A program made the translations under genes and the position numbers. 64,000 bases of DNA from Nocardioidaceae bacterium. Lineage in GTDB: Bacteria > Actinomycetota > Actinomycetes > Propionibacteriales > Nocardioidaceae. The notes below the pieces were generated by a model, which saw only the letters and a program-made list of their open reading frames with translations, was not told the origin of the DNA and ran no database searches. Every line of letters starts with the position of its first letter. Within the stretch, counting starts at the first letter, position 1. The DNA is taken from assembly GCA_047605165.1 (NCBI GenBank), contig JASGGG010000006.1, positions 23 through 64,022 of the forward strand, given 5' to 3'. Below, piece by piece: positions 35,959 to 47,499 of this stretch.

Positions 35959-36088
35959 GCCAAGAAACCCAGCCTCCGGAATCTCCGGGGCGGTTCAAGG
36001 TGACGGGCGTCGCCCGCTATCCGGCCGACGAGACAGGCACGCTTGCCGAGTGGGCCGCGTCCGAGCCCTGGCGTCTGCGTCCGCGCCA

Positions 36089-36577
36089 GTGAGCCGCGAT
36101 GCTGCCTTCACCGCGTTCGTCACGGCGCGACGCGCTCACCTGCTGAGAACCGCGTACGCGATCACCGGCGACCAGCACACCGCCGAGGACCTGCTCCAGA
36201 CGGCGCTGGTGAAGCTGTACGTCGCGTGGCCCCGGTTGCGGCGCGCTGGCGCCGCGGAGGCGTACGTTCGCACCACCCTGGTGCGGGCCAACATCGACGA
36301 GTCCCGGCGGCCGTGGCGGCGTGAGATCAGCACCGACGTGCCGCCGGAGACTCCGGTGAACGACCCGGAACCGGAGACGAGCGGCCTCTTCGCGGCGCTC
36401 CAGGAGCTACCACCAATGCAACGCAAGGTGATCGTGCTGCGGCACTGGCTCGATCTCTCCGTGGAGCAGACCGCCGACGAGCTCGGTGTTTCGCCTGGCA
36501 CGGTCAAGACCCACAGCCACCGCGCCCTGACCGCGCTGCGCGCCAGCCGCGTGATCCAAGGCCAACCGCCACAGTGA
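36089..36577 (+). CDS. ECF (SigE/SigM-like) RNA polymerase sigma-70 family factor
   Basis: Region 2 is AEDLLQTALVKLYVAWPRL and region 4 is QRKVIVLRHWLDLSVEQTADELGVSPGTVKTHSHRAL. There is no adjacent anti-sigma ORF. Confidence 0.85.
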   Translation: MSRDAAFTAFVTARRAHLLRTAYAITGDQHTAEDLLQTALVKLYVAWPRLRRAGAAEAYVRTTLVRANIDESRRPWRREISTDVPPETPVNDPEPETSGLFAALQELPPMQRKVIVLRHWLDLSVEQTADELGVSPGTVKTHSHRALTALRASRVIQGQPPQ

Positions 36578-36644
36578 TCCGCTCGTGCGCCGGTGGCCAC
36601 GTCCCGATCACCAGCCAATGCCGGGTCGTGTCGGACGACGGTAG

Positions 36645-37409
36645 TCAGCTACTGACGCTCTGGCTGACGTTCTGTCGGCGGGCGTAGGTCAGGGCGATGC
36701 CCCCGGCGGCCGCGCGAAGCAGGGCCGCGTGTCGCTCGGGGCGAAAGCTCGTGGATGGTCCGGTGGCGCTGATCGCGGCGACAGCATGCTCGCTCGGGTC
36801 CAGGATCGGCGCGGCCACGCAGGCCACCCCGGCCACCGACTCCTCGTGCTCGTACGCGACCCCCGTGCTCACCACCTGCTCGAGCTGTTTGCGCAGCCGG
36901 CCCGGCGCGACCACGGTGTGCGGAGTACGCCGGGCCAGCGGTCCAGCGAGGATGCGCGCGATGGCCTCGTCCCCGGCGTACGCCAGCAGCGCCTTGCCCA
37001 AACCGGTGCAGTAGAGCGGCATCCGGCCGCCGAGCCTCGTCGGCAGGGGCACCTGCCGGTGCCCGCCGATCTTGGCGACATAGGCGACCTGGTCGCCGTC
37101 GGGCACGCCGAGGTTCACGACCTGCTTGGTGCGCTCGTACACGTCCTGCATGAAGGGCGTGGCGACCTCGATCAGGCTGCGTTGGGCGGTCGCACGCATA
37201 CCGAGGTCGAACAGCCCGGTGCCGAGCCGGTAACCGCCGGGTGTCCGCTCCAGCCATTGGCTGGCTACGAGATCGCCGGCGATGCGGTGCACCGTCGGCT
37301 TGGCCAGGCCGGTACGACCGGTCAGCTGCGCCAGGGACAACTCGCGGTCCTCGGCGGTGAACGCGTCGAGCACCGCCAGCACCTTGCCCAGCACGGTCCC
37401 GGTGTCCAT
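36645..37409 (-). CDS. IclR family transcriptional regulator
   Basis: LGKVLAVLDAFTAEDRELSLAQLTGRTGLAKPTVHRIAGDL... with a C-terminal IclR effector domain. Confidence 0.9.
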   Translation of the reverse strand: MDTGTVLGKVLAVLDAFTAEDRELSLAQLTGRTGLAKPTVHRIAGDLVASQWLERTPGGYRLGTGLFDLGMRATAQRSLIEVATPFMQDVYERTKQVVNLGVPDGDQVAYVAKIGGHRQVPLPTRLGGRMPLYCTGLGKALLAYAGDEAIARILAGPLARRTPHTVVAPGRLRKQLEQVVSTGVAYEHEESVAGVACVAAPILDPSEHAVAAISATGPSTSFRPERHAALLRAAAGGIALTYARRQNVSQSVSS

Positions 37410-37477
37410 GACCCTCCGTTCCAGTCAGTGGAACACAAGCCTAGTCCAGCCCGTACGGGAAGGGGCAGGCTGAGGGC

Positions 37478-38278
37478 ATGACAGACGACAAGAGCGCCGC
37501 GATCGCCGAAGCGGTCGCGCGCATTGCCGAGGCAACCGAGACGCGGGTCCCCTGCGCGCCGGTCCGCGACCTGATCGGCACCGACGACCTCGACGCGGCC
37601 TACGCCGTGCAACAGGGTCTGGTCCGGCGACGGCTCGACGTGGGCGCCACGGTGGTGGGACGCAAGATCGGTGCGACCTCCCAGGCCGTGCAGGACCAGC
37701 TCGGCGTGGACCAGCCCGACTTCGGCTATCTGCTGGCCGACATGGACGTCAGCCCGGATGACGTGGCTGGGGACCCGATCTCGATGGAGCGGCTGCTGCA
37801 GCCGCGCGTGGAGGCCGAGGTCGCGTTCGTGCTCGGCGCCGACCTCGACGGGGACCTGACCGACGAGACGGTGCGCGCCGCGGTGGCGTATGCGCTGCCC
37901 TCGATCGAGATCGTCGACTCGCGCATCGCCGGCTGGGACATCACCTTCGCCGACACGGTCGCCGACAACGCGTCGAGCGGGCTCTATGTCGTCGGTACCG
38001 ACCGGCGTACGCTCGACGACTTCGAACCGGTCGGCGTCACGATGAGCCTGTCGATCAACGGCGAGATCCGCTCCACCGGCAACGGCGCCGCCTGCCTGGG
38101 CGATCCGCTCAACGCCCTGCTCTGGCTGGCCAAGCAGGCCAAGACGTTCGGTGATCCGCTCCGCGCCGGGCAGGTCATCCTGTCGGGCGCGCTCGGCCCG
38201 TTCGTCCCCTTCGAGTCCGGTGACCGTGTGGTCGCCGAGATCGAGACCCTCGGATCTATCAGCATCTGCTTCAAGTGA
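37478..38278 (+). CDS. mhpD: 2-keto-4-pentenoate hydratase
   Basis: [31 protein letters not shown]...EAEVAFVLG...IVDSRI. It is followed by the dehydrogenase and aldolase genes. Confidence 0.85.
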   Translation: MTDDKSAAIAEAVARIAEATETRVPCAPVRDLIGTDDLDAAYAVQQGLVRRRLDVGATVVGRKIGATSQAVQDQLGVDQPDFGYLLADMDVSPDDVAGDPISMERLLQPRVEAEVAFVLGADLDGDLTDETVRAAVAYALPSIEIVDSRIAGWDITFADTVADNASSGLYVVGTDRRTLDDFEPVGVTMSLSINGEIRSTGNGAACLGDPLNALLWLAKQAKTFGDPLRAGQVILSGALGPFVPFESGDRVVAEIETLGSISICFK

Positions 38279-38286
38279 GGACACCC

Positions 38287-39195
38287 ATGGCCACGAAGAC
38301 CGCAGCGATCGTCGGGTCCGGCAACATCGGCACCGACCTGATGTACAAGCTCCTGCGCAGCCAGGAAATGGGCGGGGGTATCGAGCCGCGCTGGATGATC
38401 GGCGTCGACCCCGACAGCGAGGGACTCAAGCGTGCCGCGGCTCTGGGCCTGACCGCCAGCCACGAGGGTGTCGACTGGCTGCTCAAGCAGGACGAGCTGC
38501 CCGACCTGGTGTTCGAGGCGACGTCGGCGTACGTCCACCGCGAGTACGCGCCCCGGTACGAGGAGGCGGGCATCCGGGCCATCGACCTGACGCCGGCCGC
38601 CGTCGGCCCCGCGGTCATCCCACCGGTCAACGGCGACGCCCATCTCGACGCGATGAACGTCAACATGATCACCTGCGGCGGCCAGGCCACGATCCCGATG
38701 GTCAACGCGGTCTCCCGGGTGACGCCAGTGTCCTACGCCGAGATCGTCGCGTCGGTCTCCTCGGTTTCCGCAGGCCCCGGCACCCGGCAGAACATCGACG
38801 AGTTCACCCGCACGACGTCGGCCGGCGTACGCGACATCGGCGGCGCCGACGAGGGCAAGGCCATCATCATCCTCAACCCGGCGGAGCCGCCGATGATCAT
38901 GCGCGACACGATCTTCTGCGCCGCTGCGCCCGAGGTGTACGAGACGTTGCAGGACGAGATCCGCGAGTCCGTGCAGCGGATGGCCGAGGCCGTGCAGGAG
39001 TACGTCCCCGGCTACCGGCTGCTCCAAGATCCGCAGATCGACCCGCCGTCGGACTACACCAAGAACCGCACGCTGGTCAGCGTGTTCGTCGAGGTGGAGG
39101 GGGCCGGTGACTTCCTGCCGCCGTACTCCGGGAACCTCGACATCATGACCGCCGCCGCCACCCAGGTGGCCCAAAGAATGGCAGGTGCCTTCTGA
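38287..39195 (+). CDS. mhpF: acetaldehyde dehydrogenase (acetylating)
   Basis: [22 protein letters not shown]...[23 protein letters not shown] precedes the start. Confidence 0.9.
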   Translation: MATKTAAIVGSGNIGTDLMYKLLRSQEMGGGIEPRWMIGVDPDSEGLKRAAALGLTASHEGVDWLLKQDELPDLVFEATSAYVHREYAPRYEEAGIRAIDLTPAAVGPAVIPPVNGDAHLDAMNVNMITCGGQATIPMVNAVSRVTPVSYAEIVASVSSVSAGPGTRQNIDEFTRTTSAGVRDIGGADEGKAIIILNPAEPPMIMRDTIFCAAAPEVYETLQDEIRESVQRMAEAVQEYVPGYRLLQDPQIDPPSDYTKNRTLVSVFVEVEGAGDFLPPYSGNLDIMTAAATQVAQRMAGAF

Positions 39196-40280
39196 TGAGC
39201 ATCGGACCCGTCTCCACCGTCCGCCCCGAGAACCAGTTGGCCGTCACCTACGACGACACCCTGGATCTGCGGCTGACCGACACCTCCCTCCGCGACGGCT
39301 CGCACCACAAACGGCACCAGTTCACGACCACCGAGGTGCGCGACATCGTCGCCGCGCTCGACGACGCGGGCGTCCCCGTGCTCGAGGTGACCCACGGCGA
39401 CGGTCTGGGTGGGTCGTCGTTCAACTACGGCTTCTCCCGCACCCCCGAGCAGGAGCTGATCAAGGTCGCCGCCGAGACGGCCAAGCGCGCCAAGATCGCC
39501 TTCCTGATGCTGCCCGGCGTCGGCACCAAGGACGACATCCGCGCGGCGCAGGACAACGGCGGCGTCATCTGCCGGGTCGCCACCCACTGCACCGAGGCCG
39601 ACGTGTCCGAGCAGCACTTCCGGCTCGCCCGCGACCTGGGCCTGGAGACCGTCGGCTTCCTGATGATGAGCCACACCCAGCCGCCCGAGGTGCTGGCCAA
39701 GCAGGCCAGGATCATGGTCGACGCCGGCTGCCAGTGCGTGTACGTGGTGGACTCCGGTGGCGCGCTCATCATGGAGGCGACCGGTGACCGGGTCGCCGCC
39801 GTACACGCCGAGATCGGCAACGAGGCGCGGGTCGGCTTTCATGGCCACGAGAACCTCGGCCTGGGCGTCGCCAACACGATCATCGCCGCCCGCAACGGCG
39901 CCACCCAGATCGACGGGTCCGTACGCCGCTACGGCGCCGGCGCCGGCAACACCCCGCTGGAGGCGTTCGTCGGCGTCTGCGACAAGCTCGGCTGGAAGAC
40001 CGGCGTGGACTTCCTCAAGATCGTCGACGCCGCCGAGGACGTCGTGCTCCCCACGATGCCGGAAGAGTGCACGCTCAACCGGATGACGCTGATGATGGGG
40101 TACGCCGGGGTCTACTCCAGCTTCCTCAAGCACGCCGAGCGGCAGGCCGAGCGCTACGGGGTCAGTGGCGCGCAGATCCTGCTCGAGGCCGGCAACCGCA
40201 AGCTCATCGGAGGCCAGGAGGACCAGCTCATCGACATCGCCCTGCAACTCAAGGCCAAGCAGGACGCCAACGCCTGCTGA
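39195..40280 (+). CDS. mhpE: 4-hydroxy-2-oxovalerate aldolase
   Basis: [17 protein letters not shown]...[11 protein letters not shown]...[15 protein letters not shown]. Confidence 0.9.
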   Translation: MSIGPVSTVRPENQLAVTYDDTLDLRLTDTSLRDGSHHKRHQFTTTEVRDIVAALDDAGVPVLEVTHGDGLGGSSFNYGFSRTPEQELIKVAAETAKRAKIAFLMLPGVGTKDDIRAAQDNGGVICRVATHCTEADVSEQHFRLARDLGLETVGFLMMSHTQPPEVLAKQARIMVDAGCQCVYVVDSGGALIMEATGDRVAAVHAEIGNEARVGFHGHENLGLGVANTIIAARNGATQIDGSVRRYGAGAGNTPLEAFVGVCDKLGWKTGVDFLKIVDAAEDVVLPTMPEECTLNRMTLMMGYAGVYSSFLKHAERQAERYGVSGAQILLEAGNRKLIGGQEDQLIDIALQLKAKQDANAC

Positions 40281-40284
40281 AAGA

Positions 40285-41118
40285 TCAACCAGCAGAGCGG
40301 CAATCAAGGCGGGTGAGAGTCCAAGACTGCTGTCTCCTGTGATTCCGCAGTGCGCGCTGGTGGGCCTCGGCCAGACGGGCCATCGCTCGACCGGGCTCAC
40401 GGATGTCTGCTCCGGTCAGCCGGGTCGCTTCCAGCCCGTGAGCCCGGAAACCTGCCTCGCGGTGTACGTCGTCGGAGTGCCGACGGGCGCTGCGGTGGTC
40501 GGCGCCGTCGTACTCGCAAACCAGTCCGCTCTCGGGATCGAGGAGGTCGGGGTAGCCGAGCAGTGCTCCGGTGTGGCTGTAGACGGGTTGGTTCACCAAA
40601 GGCTGCGGCAGGCCGGCTCGGATCCAGATCGTTCGGGTGCGGCTCTCTTGGGGGGACCGACTCTCCGAAGAGGCCAGCGCCAGAGCCCGTCGCGCTATCG
40701 GCATTCCGCGGCGGGAGAAGTTCTGGTCGACATAGCCGGCCAGATTGGTGATGCTGGTCAATTCGGCTGCGGCAGCCATGTCGACGGTGACCACGGCCTC
40801 AGTCAGGGACTGCCCGCGGCGGGTCTGGTCGAAGACCGCACGGAGCACGGTCGTACACCGCACGCCCTGCACCAACACCACCTCGTCGTCGGTCAGCGGA
40901 TCGGTGACTATCTGCACACCTGGCCGCCGTCGCCGGGACTCCCCTGGCGCCACGAGCATCACCGGCAGCGGAGTCACCCCATCTCCCTCAAGGCCGTCGA
41001 AGAATCCGCCGCCGTGCAGGCGCAAGGCAGCCCAGCCGGTCACCGCCCCGCGCGGCACCAACACCGAGGCCTCCGCCGCCCGCTGCTCCGGCCGGCTGGG
41101 ATCGACATGGGAGGGCAC
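40285..41118 (-). CDS. DUF559/Vsr-like endonuclease-domain protein (AbiEi-N-like N-terminus)
   Basis: The C-terminus GYPDLLDPESGLVCEYDGADHRSARRHSDDVHREAGFRAHGLEATR fits the DUF559 pattern common in Actinomycetota. Confidence 0.55.
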   Translation of the reverse strand: MPSHVDPSRPEQRAAEASVLVPRGAVTGWAALRLHGGGFFDGLEGDGVTPLPVMLVAPGESRRRRPGVQIVTDPLTDDEVVLVQGVRCTTVLRAVFDQTRRGQSLTEAVVTVDMAAAAELTSITNLAGYVDQNFSRRGMPIARRALALASSESRSPQESRTRTIWIRAGLPQPLVNQPVYSHTGALLGYPDLLDPESGLVCEYDGADHRSARRHSDDVHREAGFRAHGLEATRLTGADIREPGRAMARLAEAHQRALRNHRRQQSWTLTRLDCRSAG

Positions 41119-41403
41119 CTAGAAGCCGTGGCTGCTCTTGCGCCAGTGCGGGCCCCTTGCCTGCGCCCGAGTCGGGCCATCGACGCCGGTGGAGTCCATC
41201 CGCACAGGAAGGACCGGGGTCTCGGGCATCCGCCAGGCCGACCAACGGTGTGGTTCAAGATCGCGCATGATCCGATCATGCGGATCACCCCCGACAGATC
41301 TGTTCCAAATGGCTGCGATTCGGCGGTGAGGGCAACCACTTGGAACAGATTGAGCCGGAGTCAGGGCTCGTCTCCAGGGCCGCCGCGAACCCGCGCTGGG
41401 TAG

Positions 41404-43534
<2,131 letters not shown>

Positions 43535-43550
43535 CCAGCCGGCGGGCAGT

Positions 43551-43955
43551 TCAGGCGGCAGGCGCTTGGTCCACGGGAATCGCCTCGACCTCGGACAACG
43601 CGGCGAGGGAGATGACTGCCGGCGGAGCCAGGCCAAGCTCATCGTCCGGGCCAACCAGGATCTCCTCGTAGCCGGTGAACGCCCCGGTCTCGGGGTCGGC
43701 GAACAAGATCAGTTGTTGTGAGGCTGTGGCTCCGGGCGCCACCAGTGCGACCGCGTTGCGGTCGAGGCGGTCTCGGACGGTACCGAGCGAGGTCACGTCA
43801 GGGCGTTCGGCGAGTGCTTGCCAGAATGCCGGCGGGCGCACCCGCCAGTGGAACTGCTCGAGCGTCTCAACCTCAAACGCGGCAACGTGGACGCCGAGTT
43901 CGAGCGCCGCGAAGCGGCGTACGCCGAAGAGCACGGGCTCGCCGACGGATCGCAT
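43551..43955 (-). CDS. hypothetical protein
   Basis: 134-aa ORF with reasonable codon pattern. I recognise no family. Confidence 0.4.
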   Translation of the reverse strand: MRSVGEPVLFGVRRFAALELGVHVAAFEVETLEQFHWRVRPPAFWQALAERPDVTSLGTVRDRLDRNAVALVAPGATASQQLILFADPETGAFTGYEEILVGPDDELGLAPPAVISLAALSEVEAIPVDQAPAA

Positions 43956-43957
43956 AG

Positions 43958-44398
43958 GTGAGCATTGCCTCCGTGATCGCGAGGATTGTCCTGGTGCTGG
44001 TGATGCTCTTCGGAGCGGCCGGCTGCAAGGGCGACGCCGAACGCGCCGGTGCGGACATGGCAGCTGCCACGGCCGGAGACATCACGTACTACCTCCAAAA
44101 TCATGTCGTCACCCCCGGCGCCTCAGAGAGACGGCAGCTTGGTGCCGTGCGGCGCTGGTTGGCGGACCCGTCAGACGGCTATCTCAACGAGTACCCCGAG
44201 CCGATGATCCAGGTGTTGGCGGATGGCGATCACAAGATCGAGATCGCGGTTTACGACTATGGAGAGACCCCCGCTATCGATGGAAAGGACGGTGCGTGGG
44301 GCATCGCCTGTCGCCGGTACACGGTGGATGCGTCGGGTCAGCTCCAGGCGAGCTCGTTCGCGTGCCCGTCGAGCCTTCCGAGCAGACCACCGTACTAA
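43958..44398 (+). CDS. hypothetical lipoprotein
   Basis: Signal peptide plus lipobox IVLVLVMLFGAAGCKG. Confidence 0.6.
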   Translation: MSIASVIARIVLVLVMLFGAAGCKGDAERAGADMAAATAGDITYYLQNHVVTPGASERRQLGAVRRWLADPSDGYLNEYPEPMIQVLADGDHKIEIAVYDYGETPAIDGKDGAWGIACRRYTVDASGQLQASSFACPSSLPSRPPY

Positions 44399-44416
44399 TG
44401 GCGTATCAGCCTCACG

Positions 44417-45496
44417 TCATGGAACAACCCTCCACAGCCGCGAGACCCTGCGCGCACCCGCAAACTGACGCCAGGCCTGCGCACCCGGGGTCGTGTCCGA
44501 CAGCGCATCGACGGCGAGCACGAACGCTGCCGCGGTGTAGGTGGTCTGCTCGTCGGGCCAGTGCACCTGCTCGGGGAGCACGATGCCGGTCCAGTAGAGG
44601 CCGTTCTCGTGGCGCAGCTTGGCGGCGCTGGCGACCAGCTCCACTGCCCGCGTACGCTCCCCCAGCGCATCCAGGGCCAGGGCCAGCTCGCAGGTCTCGG
44701 CACCGGTAAACCACGGGTTGGTCACCACGCAGCGGATCCCGGCGCCGGGTTGCACGAACTCGTCCCACCGAGACGCGATCAGGTCGCGACCCGCTTCGCC
44801 CCGGACCGCGCCGCCGAGCACCGGGTAGTACCAGTCCATCGAGAAGTTCGACTTGTCCAGGAACAGGTCGCGGTGCCGGCTCAGCGCGTCCCTGAGGCGG
44901 TCGGCGATGACTCCCCAATCGGGGCGAGGGTCGTCGAGCAGCTCACCGAGTGCGACTCCGGCGAGCAGCGCGTGGTGGATGCTCGCGCTGCCGGCGACCA
45001 GCGCCTCCTCGTTGACCTTCCCCGGGGTGCTGCCTGGGTTGCCATCGAGGGCGTACTCCTGCGACCAGGCGATACCGCCGAAGGGCAGCTGTCGGTCGGC
45101 TGCGTAGTCGAGGGCCAGGCGTACGTGCGGCCAGAGCCGGCGCACGAAGCCGAGGTCACGGCGCACCAGCCAGTGGTGCCAGACCCCGACCGCGACATAG
45201 GCGGTCATGTTCGTGTCGCCGCTGGGGTCCTCGACCACGCCGCCGGTGATCCGCATCGGCAGCGAGCCGTCGGGGCGCTGGTGGTCGATCCACCACTGGT
45301 ACGCCAGCTCCGCGGCCTCCACCTCGCCGCCGACGAGCATCGCCATGGCCGCCTCGACGTGGTTCCAGGGGTCGATGTGCGGGTCGCCCGCCGCCCAGGG
45401 CACTCCGCCGTCGGGCTGCTGGATCCGTGCCAGCGCGGCCGCGGTGGCGGCGATCTCCTCCGCGCTGACGACTCCGGGCAGGGCGGGCAGGCCCAT
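44417..45496 (-). CDS. prenyltransferase/squalene-oxidase-repeat (terpenoid cyclase-fold) protein
   Basis: Repeated QxxDGG/W-type motifs (IQQPDGGVPW, HQRPDGSLPM, LPFGGIAWSQ). It is the last gene of the GT-MT operon. Confidence 0.6.
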   Translation of the reverse strand: MGLPALPGVVSAEEIAATAAALARIQQPDGGVPWAAGDPHIDPWNHVEAAMAMLVGGEVEAAELAYQWWIDHQRPDGSLPMRITGGVVEDPSGDTNMTAYVAVGVWHHWLVRRDLGFVRRLWPHVRLALDYAADRQLPFGGIAWSQEYALDGNPGSTPGKVNEEALVAGSASIHHALLAGVALGELLDDPRPDWGVIADRLRDALSRHRDLFLDKSNFSMDWYYPVLGGAVRGEAGRDLIASRWDEFVQPGAGIRCVVTNPWFTGAETCELALALDALGERTRAVELVASAAKLRHENGLYWTGIVLPEQVHWPDEQTTYTAAAFVLAVDALSDTTPGAQAWRQFAGARRVSRLWRVVP

Positions 45497-46227
45497 CAGC
45501 CGGCGGTCTCGGGCTTGCGGAAGTAGAGCACCAGACTCTTACCGATCAGCGGGTTGAGTGCCTTCTCGGTCAGGTGGGTGACCGTGCTGATGCGCGGGGT
45601 CTTCATGATGTCCCAGACGAGGACCTGGTGGTACGCCTTGACCAGCGGATTCCTGTCGTTGTCGACGCCGACGGCACACTTGAGCCACCAGTACGGGGAA
45701 TGCAGCGCGTGCGCGTAGCCCTTGCCGTCATACGTCAGACCCGCGGCCTCCAGCTTCCCGACCAGCTCGTCGCCGGTGTAGATGCGCACGTGCCCGCCCT
45801 CGACCTCGTGGTAGGCGTCGGACAGTGCCCAGCAGATCTTCTCCGGCAGCCACCGGGGGACGGTGACGGCGACGGTGCCACCCGGGCGGGTCACCCGGGC
45901 CAACTCGGCGATCGCGCGCTGGTCGTCACCGATGTGCTCCAGCACCTCCGAGGCGACCACCCGGTCGAACTCGCCGTCGGCGAACGGCAGGTCGAGTGCA
46001 TCGCCCTGCTTGACGTCGGCCTCGGCGCCTACGGGCACCTCGCCCGCCTCGCGCATGGCCGCAAAGAGGTCGCCGACACCGGCCAGCTCGTCGGCGTCCT
46101 GGTCGAAGGCGACCACGTCCGCGCCGCGGCGGTAGCTCTCGAAGGCGTGCCGGCCGGCACCGCAGCCCAGGTCCAGCACACGGTCGCCGGGGCGCAACCC
46201 GAGCCGGTCGAAGTCGACGGTCAGCAC
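45496..46227 (-). CDS. class I SAM-dependent methyltransferase
   Basis: VLDLGCGAGRHA...VVASEVLEHI...PGGTVAVTVP. Confidence 0.85.
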   Translation of the reverse strand: MLTVDFDRLGLRPGDRVLDLGCGAGRHAFESYRRGADVVAFDQDADELAGVGDLFAAMREAGEVPVGAEADVKQGDALDLPFADGEFDRVVASEVLEHIGDDQRAIAELARVTRPGGTVAVTVPRWLPEKICWALSDAYHEVEGGHVRIYTGDELVGKLEAAGLTYDGKGYAHALHSPYWWLKCAVGVDNDRNPLVKAYHQVLVWDIMKTPRISTVTHLTEKALNPLIGKSLVLYFRKPETAG

Positions 46228-47480
46228 GCCGGCCCCCTCGTCTCCGCGATCACTTGCTCGTACGCGGCCGCTGTCTTGACCGCCACCGCGTGCCAGGAGA
46301 ACCGTTCCAGAGCTCGCTCCCTGCCGGCCGCGCCCATCCGGGCGCGTCGCTCGGGGTCGTCGAGCAGCGCCTCGAGCGCGAGGGTCAGTTCGCCGACGTC
46401 ACCGGGGGCGACCAGATCGGCGCACAGCCCGTCGGGACCGACCACCTCGGGGATCGCGCCGGCCCGGCTGACCACCAGAGGGGTGGCGCAGGCCATCAGC
46501 TCGGCGGTCGGCAGCGAGAAGCCCTCGTACAGCGACGGAACGCAGGCGATCTCCGCCGAGCCCATCACCCGGACCAGCTCCGCATCCGAGATGCCGTTGA
46601 CGAACGTGACGTGCTCGCCGATCCCCCGTTGCTCGATCAGCTGCTCGGTGCGTCCGCCGGGGGTCGGCTTGGTGACGAGTACGAGCGACACGTCGCGCTC
46701 GGTGCGCAGCTTGGCGAACGCTTCCAGCAGCGTCGCGATGCCCTTCATCGGCGCGTCGGCGCTGGCCATCGCCATGATCCGGCCCGGCACCCGTGGCTCG
46801 GTCGGCGGCACGAAGCCCGCGTCGACACCGAGCGGGATCACCTCGATCTGGGTGGGATCGACGCCGAAGTCGGCGGCGATGTCCCTGGCCGAGCTCTCCG
46901 AGACGGTCAGGATCCGGCCGATCCGGCGCGCGACGTGACCCTGCATCCGCAGGAACCCGTACCAGCGGGGCAGCGACCGGCGCTTCTTGAAGCCCTCCCA
47001 ACCACCGATGTCCTCGGCCGCCGCGAGGTCGATGCGGCGGTCGAAGGTGATCGGGTGGTGGATCGAGGTGATGAACGGAACTCCGAGCGCCTTGATGTCG
47101 AGCATCCCGTGACCAAGCGTCTGGTTGTCGTGCACGATGTCGAAGTCGCCGGCCCGGTCCGTCAGCAGCCGGGCCACCCGCTTGCTGAACGTACGCGGCT
47201 CGGGGAACCCGCCGGCGCACATGATCGCGAACTCCTGCACGTCGGTCAGGTCGCGGAACTCACGCCACTGGGGGATCCGGAACGGATCGGGCTCGCGGTA
47301 GAGGTCGAGACTGGGCACCTTGGTCAACGTCACACCGTCGTCGAGCTCGGGATACGGCTGCCCGGAGAACACCTCGACCTCGTGGCCGAGAGCCACCAGC
47401 TCCCGGCTCAGATGCCGCAGATAGATGCCCTGGCCGCCGCAGTGGGGTTTGCTGCGATACGACAGCAGAGCAATGCGCAC
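46221..47480 (-). CDS. glycosyltransferase family 4 (GT-B fold)
   Basis: MRIALLSYRSKPHCGGQGIYLRHLSREL...the C-terminal part includes EGFSLPTAELMACATPLV. Confidence 0.85.
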   Translation of the reverse strand: MRIALLSYRSKPHCGGQGIYLRHLSRELVALGHEVEVFSGQPYPELDDGVTLTKVPSLDLYREPDPFRIPQWREFRDLTDVQEFAIMCAGGFPEPRTFSKRVARLLTDRAGDFDIVHDNQTLGHGMLDIKALGVPFITSIHHPITFDRRIDLAAAEDIGGWEGFKKRRSLPRWYGFLRMQGHVARRIGRILTVSESSARDIAADFGVDPTQIEVIPLGVDAGFVPPTEPRVPGRIMAMASADAPMKGIATLLEAFAKLRTERDVSLVLVTKPTPGGRTEQLIEQRGIGEHVTFVNGISDAELVRVMGSAEIACVPSLYEGFSLPTAELMACATPLVVSRAGAIPEVVGPDGLCADLVAPGDVGELTLALEALLDDPERRARMGAAGRERALERFSWHAVAVKTAAAYEQVIAETRGPAC

Positions 47481-47499
47481 GGTCCTAGCCTAGCGACGG

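Larger units (their letters stand above)
20733..35997. mobile_element. tRNA-Leu-associated integrative, probably mobilisable genomic island (right boundary not defined; may end before or at the IS3)
   Basis: A tyrosine integrase lies 118 bp after the tRNA. The island also holds Xis-type HTH genes, a MobF relaxase, toxin, immunity and defence-like cargo, and an IS3. I could not find a second copy of the tRNA 3' end by eye. Confidence 0.65.
34667..35997 (+). mobile_element. IS3-family insertion sequence (about 1.33 kb)
   Basis: Terminal inverted repeats are TGAACCGCCCCGGCGTGTCCGGAG (left) and CTCCGGAATCTCCGGGGCGGTTCA (right), with 5'-TG..CA-3' ends. OrfA and OrfB lie in the 0 and -1 frames. 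The flanking triplets (CCC and AGG) are not a direct repeat. Confidence 0.85.

Noticed and set aside
35988-36000. GGTTCAAGG as a possible attR copy of the tRNA-Leu T-loop (GGTTCAACTCC)
   Set aside because: The match is only 7 nt, and it is fully explained as the terminal inverted repeat of the IS3 element.
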